DNA of 64,000 nucleotides from Xanthobacteraceae bacterium (GCA_035293945.1 DATGLV010000027.1:11630-75629), one strand, 5' to 3'. Shown: positions 45,702 to 55,059, counted from the first letter of the stretch. Notes: generated from the letters alone by a model not told the origin. Numbers and translations: made by a program.

Positions 45702-48242
45702 ATGATTCCTAGACGCATGATTCTCATTTCCAGCATTCGGGCGCGACTCCTGGGACTTGCTCTCGCGGCGGTCCTTCCGCTTGCCGCCCTGATGGCGGGC
45801 GCGCTGTGGATTCAGTGGCAGAACGATCGGAGGGCCGCCGCCGATCACGCGATCAATGAGGCGCGCGTGCTGGCCGCGCAGGTCGATGATCACATCGCCG
45901 CATTCGAGAATTTGTTGTCCGTGCTCAGTCAATCGGTCTCCTATGATCCGGCTCACTTTCGCGAGAACGATGACCTGCTGCTGAAGGTGCGGCGGGAGAT
46001 ACTATCGAATCTGGACTCGCATATCCTGCTGTTCGACCTCGATGGCAACAATATCGGATCTTCGCAAGCGCCCGGATATCCGCGCCCGAATGCGCATGAT
46101 CGCCGCTATTTCCGCGAGGCGCTGGCGGACCACGGCCCGGCGGTCGGTGAGCCGATCCGAGCGCGGAGCGGGCGCTGGATTTTAAATGTGGCGCTGCCCA
46201 TCAAGGACACCACCGGCAAGATTCGCGCGGTGATCACCGCCGGCCCGGTGCTCGATCACTTCCAGCAGGCGCTGAAGTTGCGCGACCTGCCGCCGCGCAG
46301 CGTCGTGACCATTACCAGCGCCGACGGGGTGGTCCTCGGCGGCACCGGACAAGAACGGCGGCTGATCGGGCAGCACGTCGATTGGGCGCATCTTTCGCGC
46401 CGCATGGCCGCCCAGGAAGGAAGCGACGTCTCCAACTGGCACAGGCTTGATAATTTGCAGCGCGTCAACGGCTTTGCCATGGCACATCGTGTTCCTTGGC
46501 TGGTGACGGTCGGGGTGCCGACGGAAATCGCCTTTGCGACGCTGGCCAACCGCTTGCAATGGGGTGCGCTCGCTGTCGGCGGCACGCTCGCGATCGCTTT
46601 CGCGATCGCCTGGCTTCTTTCAGGACGCATCGTGCGGCCTTTGCGCGAGCTCGGCCGGGATGCCAAGGCCTTGGCTGGCGGAAATTTCGCCCACCGCAGT
46701 GCCGTCAACTGCACCGATGAAGTCGGAGCGCTGGCGGAGAGCTTCAATCAAATGGCGCAGGCGCTGGAAATCCGTCGCACCAAAGCGCAGACGGCTGAAG
46801 AGCAGCTGCGCCGCCTCGCCCACTACGACCAATTGACCGGTCTGCCCAATCGCATCCTGCTGCAACAGGAATTGAGCCGGGTGCTGACCCACCAGGGCAG
46901 TCCGGTGTCCACCTCGATCGTTCTGTTCGATCTCGATGAATTCAAGGACGTCAATGATACGCTCGGCCACTCCGTCGGCGACCAGTTGCTGATGGAGGTA
47001 GGCCGGCGACTGATGCAAGTCGTCGAGCAACGCAATCCAGCCGGTTTGGCGAGCCGACTCGGCGGCGACGAGTTCGTGGTGTTGCTGCCGAATGTCGGCG
47101 ACCCGATCCGCATCAAGGAAATGGTTGACTTGATGCTGAAGCGGTTGAACGAGCCGTTCCTGATCAACGACCAGCTGGTGCATCCGGGTGCGAGCGCCGG
47201 CGTTGCCATCGCGCCCCAGGACGGGACCCATGTCGAGGAGCTGATTGCCAGCGCGGACCTCGCTCTTTACCAGGCCAAATCCGAGGGCGGCCGCCTCATG
47301 CGCTTCTTCATGCCGGTGATGCGCGCGCAGGCGCAGGCGCGGCGCTCGCTCGGCCTCGAGCTCAGGCGAGCCTTCACCAACAGCGAGTTCGAGATCTATT
47401 TCCAGCCGCAGATTCGCCTCGCCGACGAGGCCATAGTGGGTGCCGAGGCCCTGTTGCGCTGGCGCCATCCGCAGCGCGGCGTGCTGTCGCCGGCCGCCTT
47501 CATCGATACGCTGGCAGCAAGCGCGATCGCTTCCGACGTCGGACGCTGGACGATTCGGCGGGTCTGCGAGCAGGTCGCCGCTTGGCGGCGGGACGGCCTG
47601 CCGCTGGCGCGTGTGGGCGTCAATCTGTTTCCCTCACAGGCCTACGACGAGGTCTTGCTGCACGATGTCATGGAGGCTCTGCGCGACTTCGCGCTGCCGG
47701 CGGATGTGCTCGAGCTTGAGATCACAGAGAACATCGCGCTCAACCGCGAAGATTCCACGATCCTGCAGCGCCTGCACGCGGCCGGCGTCAAGCTTGCCTT
47801 CGACGATTTCGGCACCGGCTATGCGTCGCTGAGCTACCTCACGCAGCTGCCGCTCGCGCGCATCAAGATCGACCGCAGCTTCGTCGCCAACATAACCTCC
47901 GACCCACACGACGCCGCCATCGTCCGCTCGCTCATCGCGATGGCACACAATCTCAATCTGGAGGTAATTGCCGAAGGCGTCGAAACGCGCCAGCAGGCGG
48001 CCTTTCTGCTGCACGAGCGCTGTGAAGAGGCGCAGGGCTTCCTCTTCGCCAAACCGCTGCCGGCGGCGGAATTCACCGCCTATTTGCGGACCCAGCCAAT
48101 AGCCTCCCGCATCGACGACGATCTTCCCGCGGCCGAGAGGCGCCTTCATTCGATGCCCGTAGCGCCGAGCCGGCTGGTCGGCGAAGAAATCGCTCTGCGT
48201 AGCAACACCCGGAGCGCCGGCCGCTGCCGGGAGCGGTTTTGA
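45702..48242 (+). CDS. Cache-like sensor / HAMP / GGDEF / EAL protein (c-di-GMP turnover)
   Basis: It has two TM segments flanking a periplasmic domain. HAMP reads RIVRPLRELG...DEVGALAESFNQM. GGDEF is intact (RLGGDEFVVLL). The EAL domain is present (EALLRW, ELEITE, DDFGTGYASLSYL). Confidence 0.9.
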   Translation: MIPRRMILISSIRARLLGLALAAVLPLAALMAGALWIQWQNDRRAAADHAINEARVLAAQVDDHIAAFENLLSVLSQSVSYDPAHFRENDDLLLKVRREILSNLDSHILLFDLDGNNIGSSQAPGYPRPNAHDRRYFREALADHGPAVGEPIRARSGRWILNVALPIKDTTGKIRAVITAGPVLDHFQQALKLRDLPPRSVVTITSADGVVLGGTGQERRLIGQHVDWAHLSRRMAAQEGSDVSNWHRLDNLQRVNGFAMAHRVPWLVTVGVPTEIAFATLANRLQWGALAVGGTLAIAFAIAWLLSGRIVRPLRELGRDAKALAGGNFAHRSAVNCTDEVGALAESFNQMAQALEIRRTKAQTAEEQLRRLAHYDQLTGLPNRILLQQELSRVLTHQGSPVSTSIVLFDLDEFKDVNDTLGHSVGDQLLMEVGRRLMQVVEQRNPAGLASRLGGDEFVVLLPNVGDPIRIKEMVDLMLKRLNEPFLINDQLVHPGASAGVAIAPQDGTHVEELIASADLALYQAKSEGGRLMRFFMPVMRAQAQARRSLGLELRRAFTNSEFEIYFQPQIRLADEAIVGAEALLRWRHPQRGVLSPAAFIDTLAASAIASDVGRWTIRRVCEQVAAWRRDGLPLARVGVNLFPSQAYDEVLLHDVMEALRDFALPADVLELEITENIALNREDSTILQRLHAAGVKLAFDDFGTGYASLSYLTQLPLARIKIDRSFVANITSDPHDAAIVRSLIAMAHNLNLEVIAEGVETRQQAAFLLHERCEEAQGFLFAKPLPAAEFTAYLRTQPIASRIDDDLPAAERRLHSMPVAPSRLVGEEIALRSNTRSAGRCRERF

Positions 48243-48335
48243 TTCGTCATGATGTACAGAACCCTTACAGGGAGGTTAATTGCTACCTTCGACAATTAAA
48301 TATTTCGCAGGGGATTGAGCCCTAGCCTCCGGGCC

Positions 48336-48647
48336 ATGAGCCAAGCCTCGAGCCCGACCGGCGCCTCGCTATGGCGGCAGGACGTAAATTGGTACGTCCA
48401 GCAGCAGAGCTGGACACGTCCGTTTTATCGGGCAGACCAGAGCTGGAACCAGAAGCTACAGGCGAGCAATCTCACCGCGCCCCCGCCTTCCGGTCAAACC
48501 GGCAGCCCCAACCTCGCCGAACAGAAGCTCGCCAATTTGATTGATCCGCAGACCGAGCAAGGCCTGATCGACTCGTTCCAGTCGACCTCGATCACCGTTG
48601 CGTCGGGCCAGGTGACGAGCGGTTATCTGCTCAATATGCTTGCCTAA
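48336..48647 (+). CDS. hypothetical small protein
   Basis: The ORF has an in-frame ATG at 48336 and is preceded by an AT-rich palindrome. No motif was recognised. Confidence 0.4.
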   Translation: MSQASSPTGASLWRQDVNWYVQQQSWTRPFYRADQSWNQKLQASNLTAPPPSGQTGSPNLAEQKLANLIDPQTEQGLIDSFQSTSITVASGQVTSGYLLNMLA

Positions 48648-48695
48648 AGGGCTATTCCCGCATCCGGCCGCGATCCCGCCCGGACGACCGCGTCA

Positions 48696-48995
48696 TCAAG
48701 AGTTTTGCGGCTTGCCGGGCCTTGCTGGCTGCCTCAGAGCGGATTGATCTTCCGCTGCGTCATCATCCGGCTCGCCACGATCGGCGGAACACAGCCGTTC
48801 GGCGGAGCCAGGTATGTGCGTATCCGGATCTTGCTCGCGCGCACTCATCTGCTCGTTTCGCTCCGCCTGCTCAGCCAGCCGGGTCCATGCTTCGGCCAGG
48901 GCCAGAATAGTGGCTCGTTGCTGTGGATCGGCGAAGAAGCTCGTAATGGCCACGCATTCACACGCGTTGCGCCGATAACGATCAGCCGACGACAT
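48696..48995 (-). CDS. hypothetical small protein
   Basis: 99 aa. The N-terminal pattern ADRYRRNACEC......ADP..R...L.LAE.W..LAEQ resembles a multi-copy small-protein family of Rhizobiales. This comes from memory only. Confidence 0.45.
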   Translation of the reverse strand: MSSADRYRRNACECVAITSFFADPQQRATILALAEAWTRLAEQAERNEQMSAREQDPDTHIPGSAERLCSADRGEPDDDAAEDQSALRQPARPGKPQNS

Positions 48996-49295
48996 CCGAT
49001 GGAACCCCTCCTATTGAACGCCCCTTCGTCCGCAATTTGTGGCCCAAATGCCCCCTTGGGCCTCGTACGACACCCACACAATGTCCCGAGCGCCGATCTG
49101 TTCCGTAAGGATGGCCAGCGGCAAGCAAAGGCTCTCGCTCTGTGCTTAACGCGACACCCGGGAGGTATGGAGTAGCCGTATTGGGGGATTTGAGCACGGC
49201 CAAAACGGGATTAGGGTGGCGAGGGGCGGGTCGCGATCGGCATGCCCGGCATACCGAGCTTGATCGGCCGGACAATCGGCGGCCAGCAGGAAAAC

Positions 49296-50039
49296 ATGCG
49301 GCTCACAGTCGTCGGGTCGGGGGATGCGTTTGGGTCCGGCGGTCGGTTCAACACCTGCTTTCGGCTCGAATCGGCCGCAACCTCGCTATTGATCGACTGT
49401 GGGGCCTCGGTTCTGACAGCACTTCGGGCGCGCGGCATTGAACCAAATCAGGTCGACGGCGTTATCATAACTCACCTGCACGGCGACCACTTCGGCGGCC
49501 TGCCGTTTTTCCTCATCGATGCCCAGCACATGAGCCGGCGCCAGCGCCCGTTCATAATCGCCGGCCCCCCTGGCACGCGAGCGCGCCTGGCAGCCGCAAT
49601 GGAAGTGCTGTTCCCGGATTCGACGGCCACGCGATGGCGATTCCCCTGGGAGGTCATCGAGATCACCCCGGGGGAGCCATGCGATTTTCTTGGGTATCGC
49701 CTGCTGACCACCGCAGTCGTTCACCCCTCAGGAGCGCCCTCGACTGCGTTGCGCCTTTCCGACGGGAGGGCCATTTTCGCCTATTCGGGCGACACGGAGT
49801 GGACCGATGCGCTGTCGCCGATCGCGAACGGCGCCTCCCTCTTCATTGTCGAATGCTCCGGCTACACGGGACGCATCTCCTATCACTTGACCTGGGAGAT
49901 CCTGAAATCACGGCTGCCGCAGCTTCGTGCCCAGCGCATCATGGTGACCCATATGAACCCTACTGTTCTCGCCCATCTGGACGAGATCCGGGCCGCCGGC
50001 GTTTTGGTCGCTGCCGATGGCGATGTGATCGAGCTCTGA
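49296..50039 (+). CDS. MBL-fold metallo-hydrolase (RNase Z / PhnP-like)
   Basis: It starts MRLTVVGSGDAFGSGGR. The HxHxDH motif is present (ITHLHGDHFGG), followed by YSGDTEW and THMN. Confidence 0.8.
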   Translation: MRLTVVGSGDAFGSGGRFNTCFRLESAATSLLIDCGASVLTALRARGIEPNQVDGVIITHLHGDHFGGLPFFLIDAQHMSRRQRPFIIAGPPGTRARLAAAMEVLFPDSTATRWRFPWEVIEITPGEPCDFLGYRLLTTAVVHPSGAPSTALRLSDGRAIFAYSGDTEWTDALSPIANGASLFIVECSGYTGRISYHLTWEILKSRLPQLRAQRIMVTHMNPTVLAHLDEIRAAGVLVAADGDVIEL

Positions 50040-50238
50040 ATAGTGCGGCGCCGCGCGGCCTTTTGCGGCTTTATCTGATGCGGTAGCATCGTGTGTGGCC
50101 CTGAGACTGAGGAGGTCGGCACCTTCGCACCGGCCGTCTCGAGGATGGCCACCAACTCATTACGTGCATCTATACGTTTATCTATCCTTGGAGGCGCCAT
50201 GCTCGGCATGGGCTCTCAAGGGTGCGGAAAGGTCCCTC

Positions 50239-51273
50239 ATGGATCTTTGGTCGGAGCCGATGACCTCGCGGACGGCAGCGATTCTGCTCGTCGGAATCCT
50301 GGTATGGCTCGTCCTGATCGTGCGGGAAATTCACATCTACGTCCGCGATCGCGCGCGCAGACCTGCCGCCTTGCCCGAGGACGCCGAGTCCATCGCTGCC
50401 GACCCGCACGGCGAGGCTTCGCTCCCCTCGTTGCAGACGACGGCACGTGCCGCATTCCTGCTCGCCCTCTTCGGGTTTCCGTTCCTGATCGTGGGCGTGA
50501 TCTTCGGACCGATCGGAGCAGCACTCGCCCTGACGCTGGTATTTGCCACCATCCTGTGGTCGCTGTGGCGGGCGCCGGCACTCATCCTCGCACGCTGCGG
50601 CGCGCGTCCGGTGACGGACCCGAACCTTATCGCGACGGTGGAGCAGCTTGCCGCGGCGGCGGGCATTCCAACCCCGCATCTTTTGGAGACGCAAGAGAAC
50701 CATCCGAACGCCTTTGCGCTCGGCTCTAGTCCCACGCGCGCCGCCGTGATCGTAACCTTGGGCCTGCGGTTGCGTCTCAACGGGGCCGAGTTGCGCGCCG
50801 TCATCGGCCACGAGATTGCCCGGATCGCCCGCCGGGACACGGCGCGAGCGACCATTGGGGCCACGATGCTGAGCCCGCTCGCGGCGCTCGCCACACGGCT
50901 CGGCCTGATCGGCCCTTCAGTGCACGCCCAAGGCGCGGGCGCCCTCTTGTTTCTCCTGTTCATGCTTCCCGTCTCGGCGCTGGTTCTGCGCTTTTCCGCA
51001 CCGCCCGGGCGCGCCTACCGGGCCGATCGCGAGGGCGCTGCCCTGTGCGGCAGTGCCGACGACCTGATCGCGGCGCTGATCAAGCTCGACGCCTCCGCGC
51101 CGCGATTCGATAGCATTACGGCCAAGGATCAGCCCGCGCTCGCTGCGCTCTGCATCGTCGATCCGCTGCCGCATTGTTGGGTCGGGCATCTCTTCGCCGC
51201 CCAACCGCGCACCGCCAGGCGGGTCGCACGCCTGCGCGCCTTTGGCGCCGCCGCCGACCCTGCGCTCGCCTGA
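50239..51273 (+). CDS. HtpX-like M48-family membrane protein with degenerate zinc-binding motifs
   Basis: It is collinear with HtpX: PNAFALG, then GHEIARIARRD in place of HExxH..., then RAYRADREGA in place of RE(F/Y)xAD. It has four hydrophobic segments. The start at ATG 50239 is uncertain. Confidence 0.7.
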   Translation: MDLWSEPMTSRTAAILLVGILVWLVLIVREIHIYVRDRARRPAALPEDAESIAADPHGEASLPSLQTTARAAFLLALFGFPFLIVGVIFGPIGAALALTLVFATILWSLWRAPALILARCGARPVTDPNLIATVEQLAAAAGIPTPHLLETQENHPNAFALGSSPTRAAVIVTLGLRLRLNGAELRAVIGHEIARIARRDTARATIGATMLSPLAALATRLGLIGPSVHAQGAGALLFLLFMLPVSALVLRFSAPPGRAYRADREGAALCGSADDLIAALIKLDASAPRFDSITAKDQPALAALCIVDPLPHCWVGHLFAAQPRTARRVARLRAFGAAADPALA

Positions 51274-51449
51274 CCGGCTTGCGGCTCGCTGATTTCTGGG
51301 GAATTCACCTCTGGCGCCGCATTTGCCATAATGATCCGCTCGCCTACGCGTCCTCGCGTAGATCAGGGAAAAGGGGATAGCGGCTTTTCCGATAAGGCTT
51401 ACCCTGCGCAAGCGGGGTGAACGCGCAACAGGAATATCAATAGATCAGA

Positions 51450-51977
51450 ATGCCAAGGAGGACTCGAATGCCCAATCGTTTCGCAGCCTGTGCGCTGCTC
51501 GCTGCGCTCACCGGTGTTGCCGGCCTCGCGGCCCTTCCGGTTGTCAGCCATGCGCAACAGGACGAGCCCAACCGCGCGGATCTGCCGCCGCAACCCTTCA
51601 ACCCGCAAATGGCTGCGCTCATGAACATGCTCATCCAGCCCCGCCACGCCAAGCTCGGCCTCGCCGGAAAGGCGGAGAATTGGGCGCTCGCCGGCTACGA
51701 GTTCAACGAGCTCAAAGCCGGCTTCATCGTCATCGGCAAGGAGGTGCCGCGCTACAAGGGGTTGCCGGTCGCCGACCTGTTCGACGCCGCCATGAAACAG
51801 ATTTTCCCGGTGATGGACTTTGCGATCAAGGCCGGCGACGCCCGCCAGTTCAACGACTCCTACGGAAAGATCACCGCCGGCTGTAACAATTGCCACACCA
51901 CGGTCGGCAACGCCTTCATCGTGATCAAGGTGCCGGAAACCTCCAACTTTCCAAACCAGGAATTCGCTCCCAAATAG
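51450..51977 (+). CDS. exported helical protein with a single C-terminal CxxCH haem-c motif (class II cytochrome c-like)
   Basis: An AAGGAGGA ribosome-binding site precedes it. The signal peptide ends VVSHA|QQ. A CNNCH motif lies about 35 residues from the C-terminus. Confidence 0.55.
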   Translation: MPRRTRMPNRFAACALLAALTGVAGLAALPVVSHAQQDEPNRADLPPQPFNPQMAALMNMLIQPRHAKLGLAGKAENWALAGYEFNELKAGFIVIGKEVPRYKGLPVADLFDAAMKQIFPVMDFAIKAGDARQFNDSYGKITAGCNNCHTTVGNAFIVIKVPETSNFPNQEFAPK

Positions 51978-52151
51978 CTTGTCGTGCCGGCAGTGTCCCG
52001 CGGCTGCCGCACAGGCTTGCTTGCCCGCAGGCGTGGGGCTCGATCTCGGCGCGAAGCGCTTGGCGTGATCGGCCGAGAGCGGGGCCTTGAGTGCCGTCTT
52101 CAGCCGTCTTCCGTTGCTTGGCTGGAGCAAGAACAACACAAGGAGAAAATC

Positions 52152-52424
52152 ATGGCCCCAATGCTGCGGCCCGACCCCGGAACGATGGGCGATCATAAGG
52201 TGATGCACGGCGAATGGCAGATCGGCCAAATAGACCAGCGGCCCTCCTTCCTGAACAAGGATCCGCGATTCATCTGGGCGCTGAACGGCGTGCCATCGGG
52301 CCCCAAAGGGCTCCGCCTCGCGGGCGTCGCCGACACCATCGAGGCCGCGGAGGCGGAGCTCAAGAAGAGCTGGGAGGAATGGCTCGCTTGGGCGGGCCTC
52401 TCCGACAGCGGGCCCCCTCCCTAG
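52152..52424 (+). CDS. hypothetical small protein
   Basis: The ATG at 52152 is preceded by AAGGAGAA. 90 aa with no recognised motif. Confidence 0.45.
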   Translation: MAPMLRPDPGTMGDHKVMHGEWQIGQIDQRPSFLNKDPRFIWALNGVPSGPKGLRLAGVADTIEAAEAELKKSWEEWLAWAGLSDSGPPP

Positions 52425-52560
52425 TGCCGCCGATTTGAGTTGCTGCCAGCCGGGCCGCGAGCTCGGTCACGTTTGATTGAACCCCATAAAGCAAGCTCGA
52501 GCGACGTGCTATATTTGGCGCAGGAGAATTCCGCGTTGAAAGAATGAGCGGAGGGTCGCC

Positions 52561-53055
52561 ATGCTGACACGACGCTTTGCCTTCTGGGCCGGCGCGAGCG
52601 CGCTCGCGGCGGTCGCTGCCAACCGCCTATTTGCAGGACAGCCCCCGGCGACCACCGGGACCTTCGAGGTCGCGCATTCCGACGCCGAGTGGCGCAGCTT
52701 GCTTACCCCCGCACAGTATAACGTGCTGCGCCTGCAGGGCACCGAGCGGCCGTTCTCGAGCCCGCTCGATCATGAGCAGCGCGCTGGCACTTTCGATTGC
52801 GCAGGCTGCAATCTGCCGCTGTTCTCCTCCACCACCAAATACGACAGCGGCACCGGCTGGCCCAGCTTTTGGCAGCCACTGGACAATGCCGTGGCTACGT
52901 CCGACGACACCTTCCTGGCGATGAAGCGAACGGAGGTCCACTGCCGCCGCTGCGGCGGCCATCTGGGCCATGTCTTCAACGACGGCCCGCCGCCGACCGG
53001 GCTTCGCTATTGCATGAACGGAGTTGCGTTGTCATTCCGGCCCGCCGCCGCGTGA
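52561..53055 (+). CDS. msrB: peptide-methionine (R)-S-oxide reductase MsrB with an N-terminal twin-arginine-like signal
   Basis: It has the SelR zinc CxxC pairs (DCAGCNLPLF, HCRRCGGHLGHVF) and the catalytic RYCMNG. The N-terminus reads MLTRRFAFWAGASALAAVAA. Confidence 0.9.
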   Translation: MLTRRFAFWAGASALAAVAANRLFAGQPPATTGTFEVAHSDAEWRSLLTPAQYNVLRLQGTERPFSSPLDHEQRAGTFDCAGCNLPLFSSTTKYDSGTGWPSFWQPLDNAVATSDDTFLAMKRTEVHCRRCGGHLGHVFNDGPPPTGLRYCMNGVALSFRPAAA

Positions 53056-53057
53056 GA

Positions 53058-54029
53058 ATGAAGCGTCGCGATTTCATCCTGGGTCTTGGCAGCACAGCGG
53101 TAAGCGCAGCGCGAGCCTCGAATTTGCGTGCTGCGGCTCCCGACAAGATCCGGGTCGGCAACCCCTCGGTACAATCCTTCTCGTTCCTGCCGCTGCAGCT
53201 CGGTGTCGCGCACGGCTTCTTTGCCAAATACGGCGTCGAGCCCGCGGAGGTAAGCCTCAACGGCAGCGCCAAGCTGCATCAGGCCATGGCGGCCGGCAGC
53301 CTCGATCTGGCGCTTGGCTCCGGGACCGATCTTATTTTTCTGGTCAAGGGAGCCCCGGAGATCGCAGTCGCCAGCATGGCGGGGCCGCCGCTCCTCCTCA
53401 GCGTCGTCGTGCCGTTTGATTCCCCCTTTGCGACCGCGGACGACCTCAAAGGCAAGCGCATCGGCATCTCGACCGTCAATTCCCTGACCCAATGGCTGGT
53501 GCGTGAGCTGGCCCGCCAGAAGGGCTGGGGCGCCGACAGCATGACCTACGTGACGGTCGGGGCGGAATTGCCGAACCAGGTTGCGGCGCTCGTCACCCGT
53601 CAAATCGATGCCCTGGTGAGCTCCACGGCGCTGGGCCTGGAGCTTGCGGAGGAAAAGCGCGGGCGGCTGTTGTTGCCGGCCTCCGACATCGTGTCGGAAT
53701 TCATGATCCACACGATCTACGCTTCCGCCCAGATGGCGGAGAAAAATCCCGATGCGATAGCGCGATTCCTCAAGGGCTGGTTCGAGACCATCGCGTTCAT
53801 GCGCAGCAATCGGGACGAGACCGTGCAGGCCTCGCGCAAGCGCACCAAGTTTTCGACCGCGGTCGAGGAGAAGCAATACGATCTGGTGATGCCGATGTTT
53901 TCTTCAACGGGCCGATTCGACCCGAATGCACTCGCCACCATCCAGCGCTCCTTCGTCGATCTCAAGCTCATCGACAAGGAACCTGATCTTGCGAAATACT
54001 GCACCGAGCGATTCTTGCCGGGCGCATAG
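53058..54029 (+). CDS. NMT1/THI5-like (nitrate/sulfonate/bicarbonate-type) ABC substrate-binding protein with a Tat signal
   Basis: The ATG at 53058 gives MKRRDFILGLGSTAVSAARA. The overall pattern is SsuA/NMT1-like. Confidence 0.7.
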   Translation: MKRRDFILGLGSTAVSAARASNLRAAAPDKIRVGNPSVQSFSFLPLQLGVAHGFFAKYGVEPAEVSLNGSAKLHQAMAAGSLDLALGSGTDLIFLVKGAPEIAVASMAGPPLLLSVVVPFDSPFATADDLKGKRIGISTVNSLTQWLVRELARQKGWGADSMTYVTVGAELPNQVAALVTRQIDALVSSTALGLELAEEKRGRLLLPASDIVSEFMIHTIYASAQMAEKNPDAIARFLKGWFETIAFMRSNRDETVQASRKRTKFSTAVEEKQYDLVMPMFSSTGRFDPNALATIQRSFVDLKLIDKEPDLAKYCTERFLPGA

Positions 54030-54069
54030 AGCGCACGATTTCCGGTCAGCGACATTGCGAGGAGGCGGC

Positions 54070-55059
54070 GTGGCGACCAAGCTCCCGTTGACATTGACCT
54101 GCGGCGACTACGAGATCACCCGGCCCCTGGCCGAAGGCCTGGTCGAGGCGGACGGCATCGCACTGACCGTCCTGACCAACACGGCTTCGCGTGATCGGCA
54201 CTGGCGGCTTGCCCGCAACGCCGAATGCGATCTGGGCGAGTTCAACGCCTGCGCCTATTTCATGGCGCGGGAGCGCGGCCATCCGGCAATCGCGCTGCCG
54301 ATCTTTCCGCACCGGCGCTTCCGTCATGGCTTCGTGTTCATCAACACGCAAAAGGGCATCAGCCGTGCGGCCGACCTGCGCGGCCGCCGGGTCGGCTGCT
54401 ATGGCGGCTTTCAGCCGGCGGCTTGCGTGTGGCTGCGCGGCCTGCTCGAGGAGTTCTTCGACCTGCCGCACCGCGAAGTGACCTGGGTGGTGCCGCAGCT
54501 GCCCGAGATCCCCTTCACGCCGCCGCCGGGGCTCGCGATCGAAACTATTCCGGTCGAGCAGTCACTCGATCAGATGCTGGCCGAAGGCAAGATCGACGCG
54601 ATGCTGGCGCCGAGCTTTCCGGCGCCATTCATGAAAGGCGACAAGCGCGTCGCGCGGCTCTTTCCCGATTTCAAGGCGCGGGAGATCGACTACTACATAG
54701 AGACCGGCATCTTTCCGATCATGCATCTGGTGATGATCCGCCAGGAGATCGTCGACAAGCATCCCTGGGTGGCGGCCAATCTCGCCTATGCTTTCAACCA
54801 GGCCAAGCAGATCGCCTATCAACGCTTGCGCAATCCGCGCGTGCTGCCGCAGGCCTGGGCGACGAGCGCGGCCGAGGAGCAGGCTGCGATTCTCGGGCCA
54901 GATCCGTGGGCCTACGGACTCAATGCCGCGAACCGCCGGAATCTCGAGACCGCCATGCGCTACACCCACGCGCAAGGCCTCACCGACCGCCTTGCCAAGG
55001 TCGATGATGTATTTGTTTCGATCGATGAAGGCGTATTCTCCGGCGTCGGCGGCTATTGA
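54070..55059 (+). CDS. 4,5-dihydroxyphthalate decarboxylase-like (PhtD family, binding-protein fold) protein
   Basis: The GTG at 54070 follows GAGGAGG. The N-terminal pattern LTLTCGDYEITRPLAEGLVEADGIAL...ECDLGEF matches my recollection of the PhtD family. Confidence 0.6.
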   Translation: MATKLPLTLTCGDYEITRPLAEGLVEADGIALTVLTNTASRDRHWRLARNAECDLGEFNACAYFMARERGHPAIALPIFPHRRFRHGFVFINTQKGISRAADLRGRRVGCYGGFQPAACVWLRGLLEEFFDLPHREVTWVVPQLPEIPFTPPPGLAIETIPVEQSLDQMLAEGKIDAMLAPSFPAPFMKGDKRVARLFPDFKAREIDYYIETGIFPIMHLVMIRQEIVDKHPWVAANLAYAFNQAKQIAYQRLRNPRVLPQAWATSAAEEQAAILGPDPWAYGLNAANRRNLETAMRYTHAQGLTDRLAKVDDVFVSIDEGVFSGVGGY

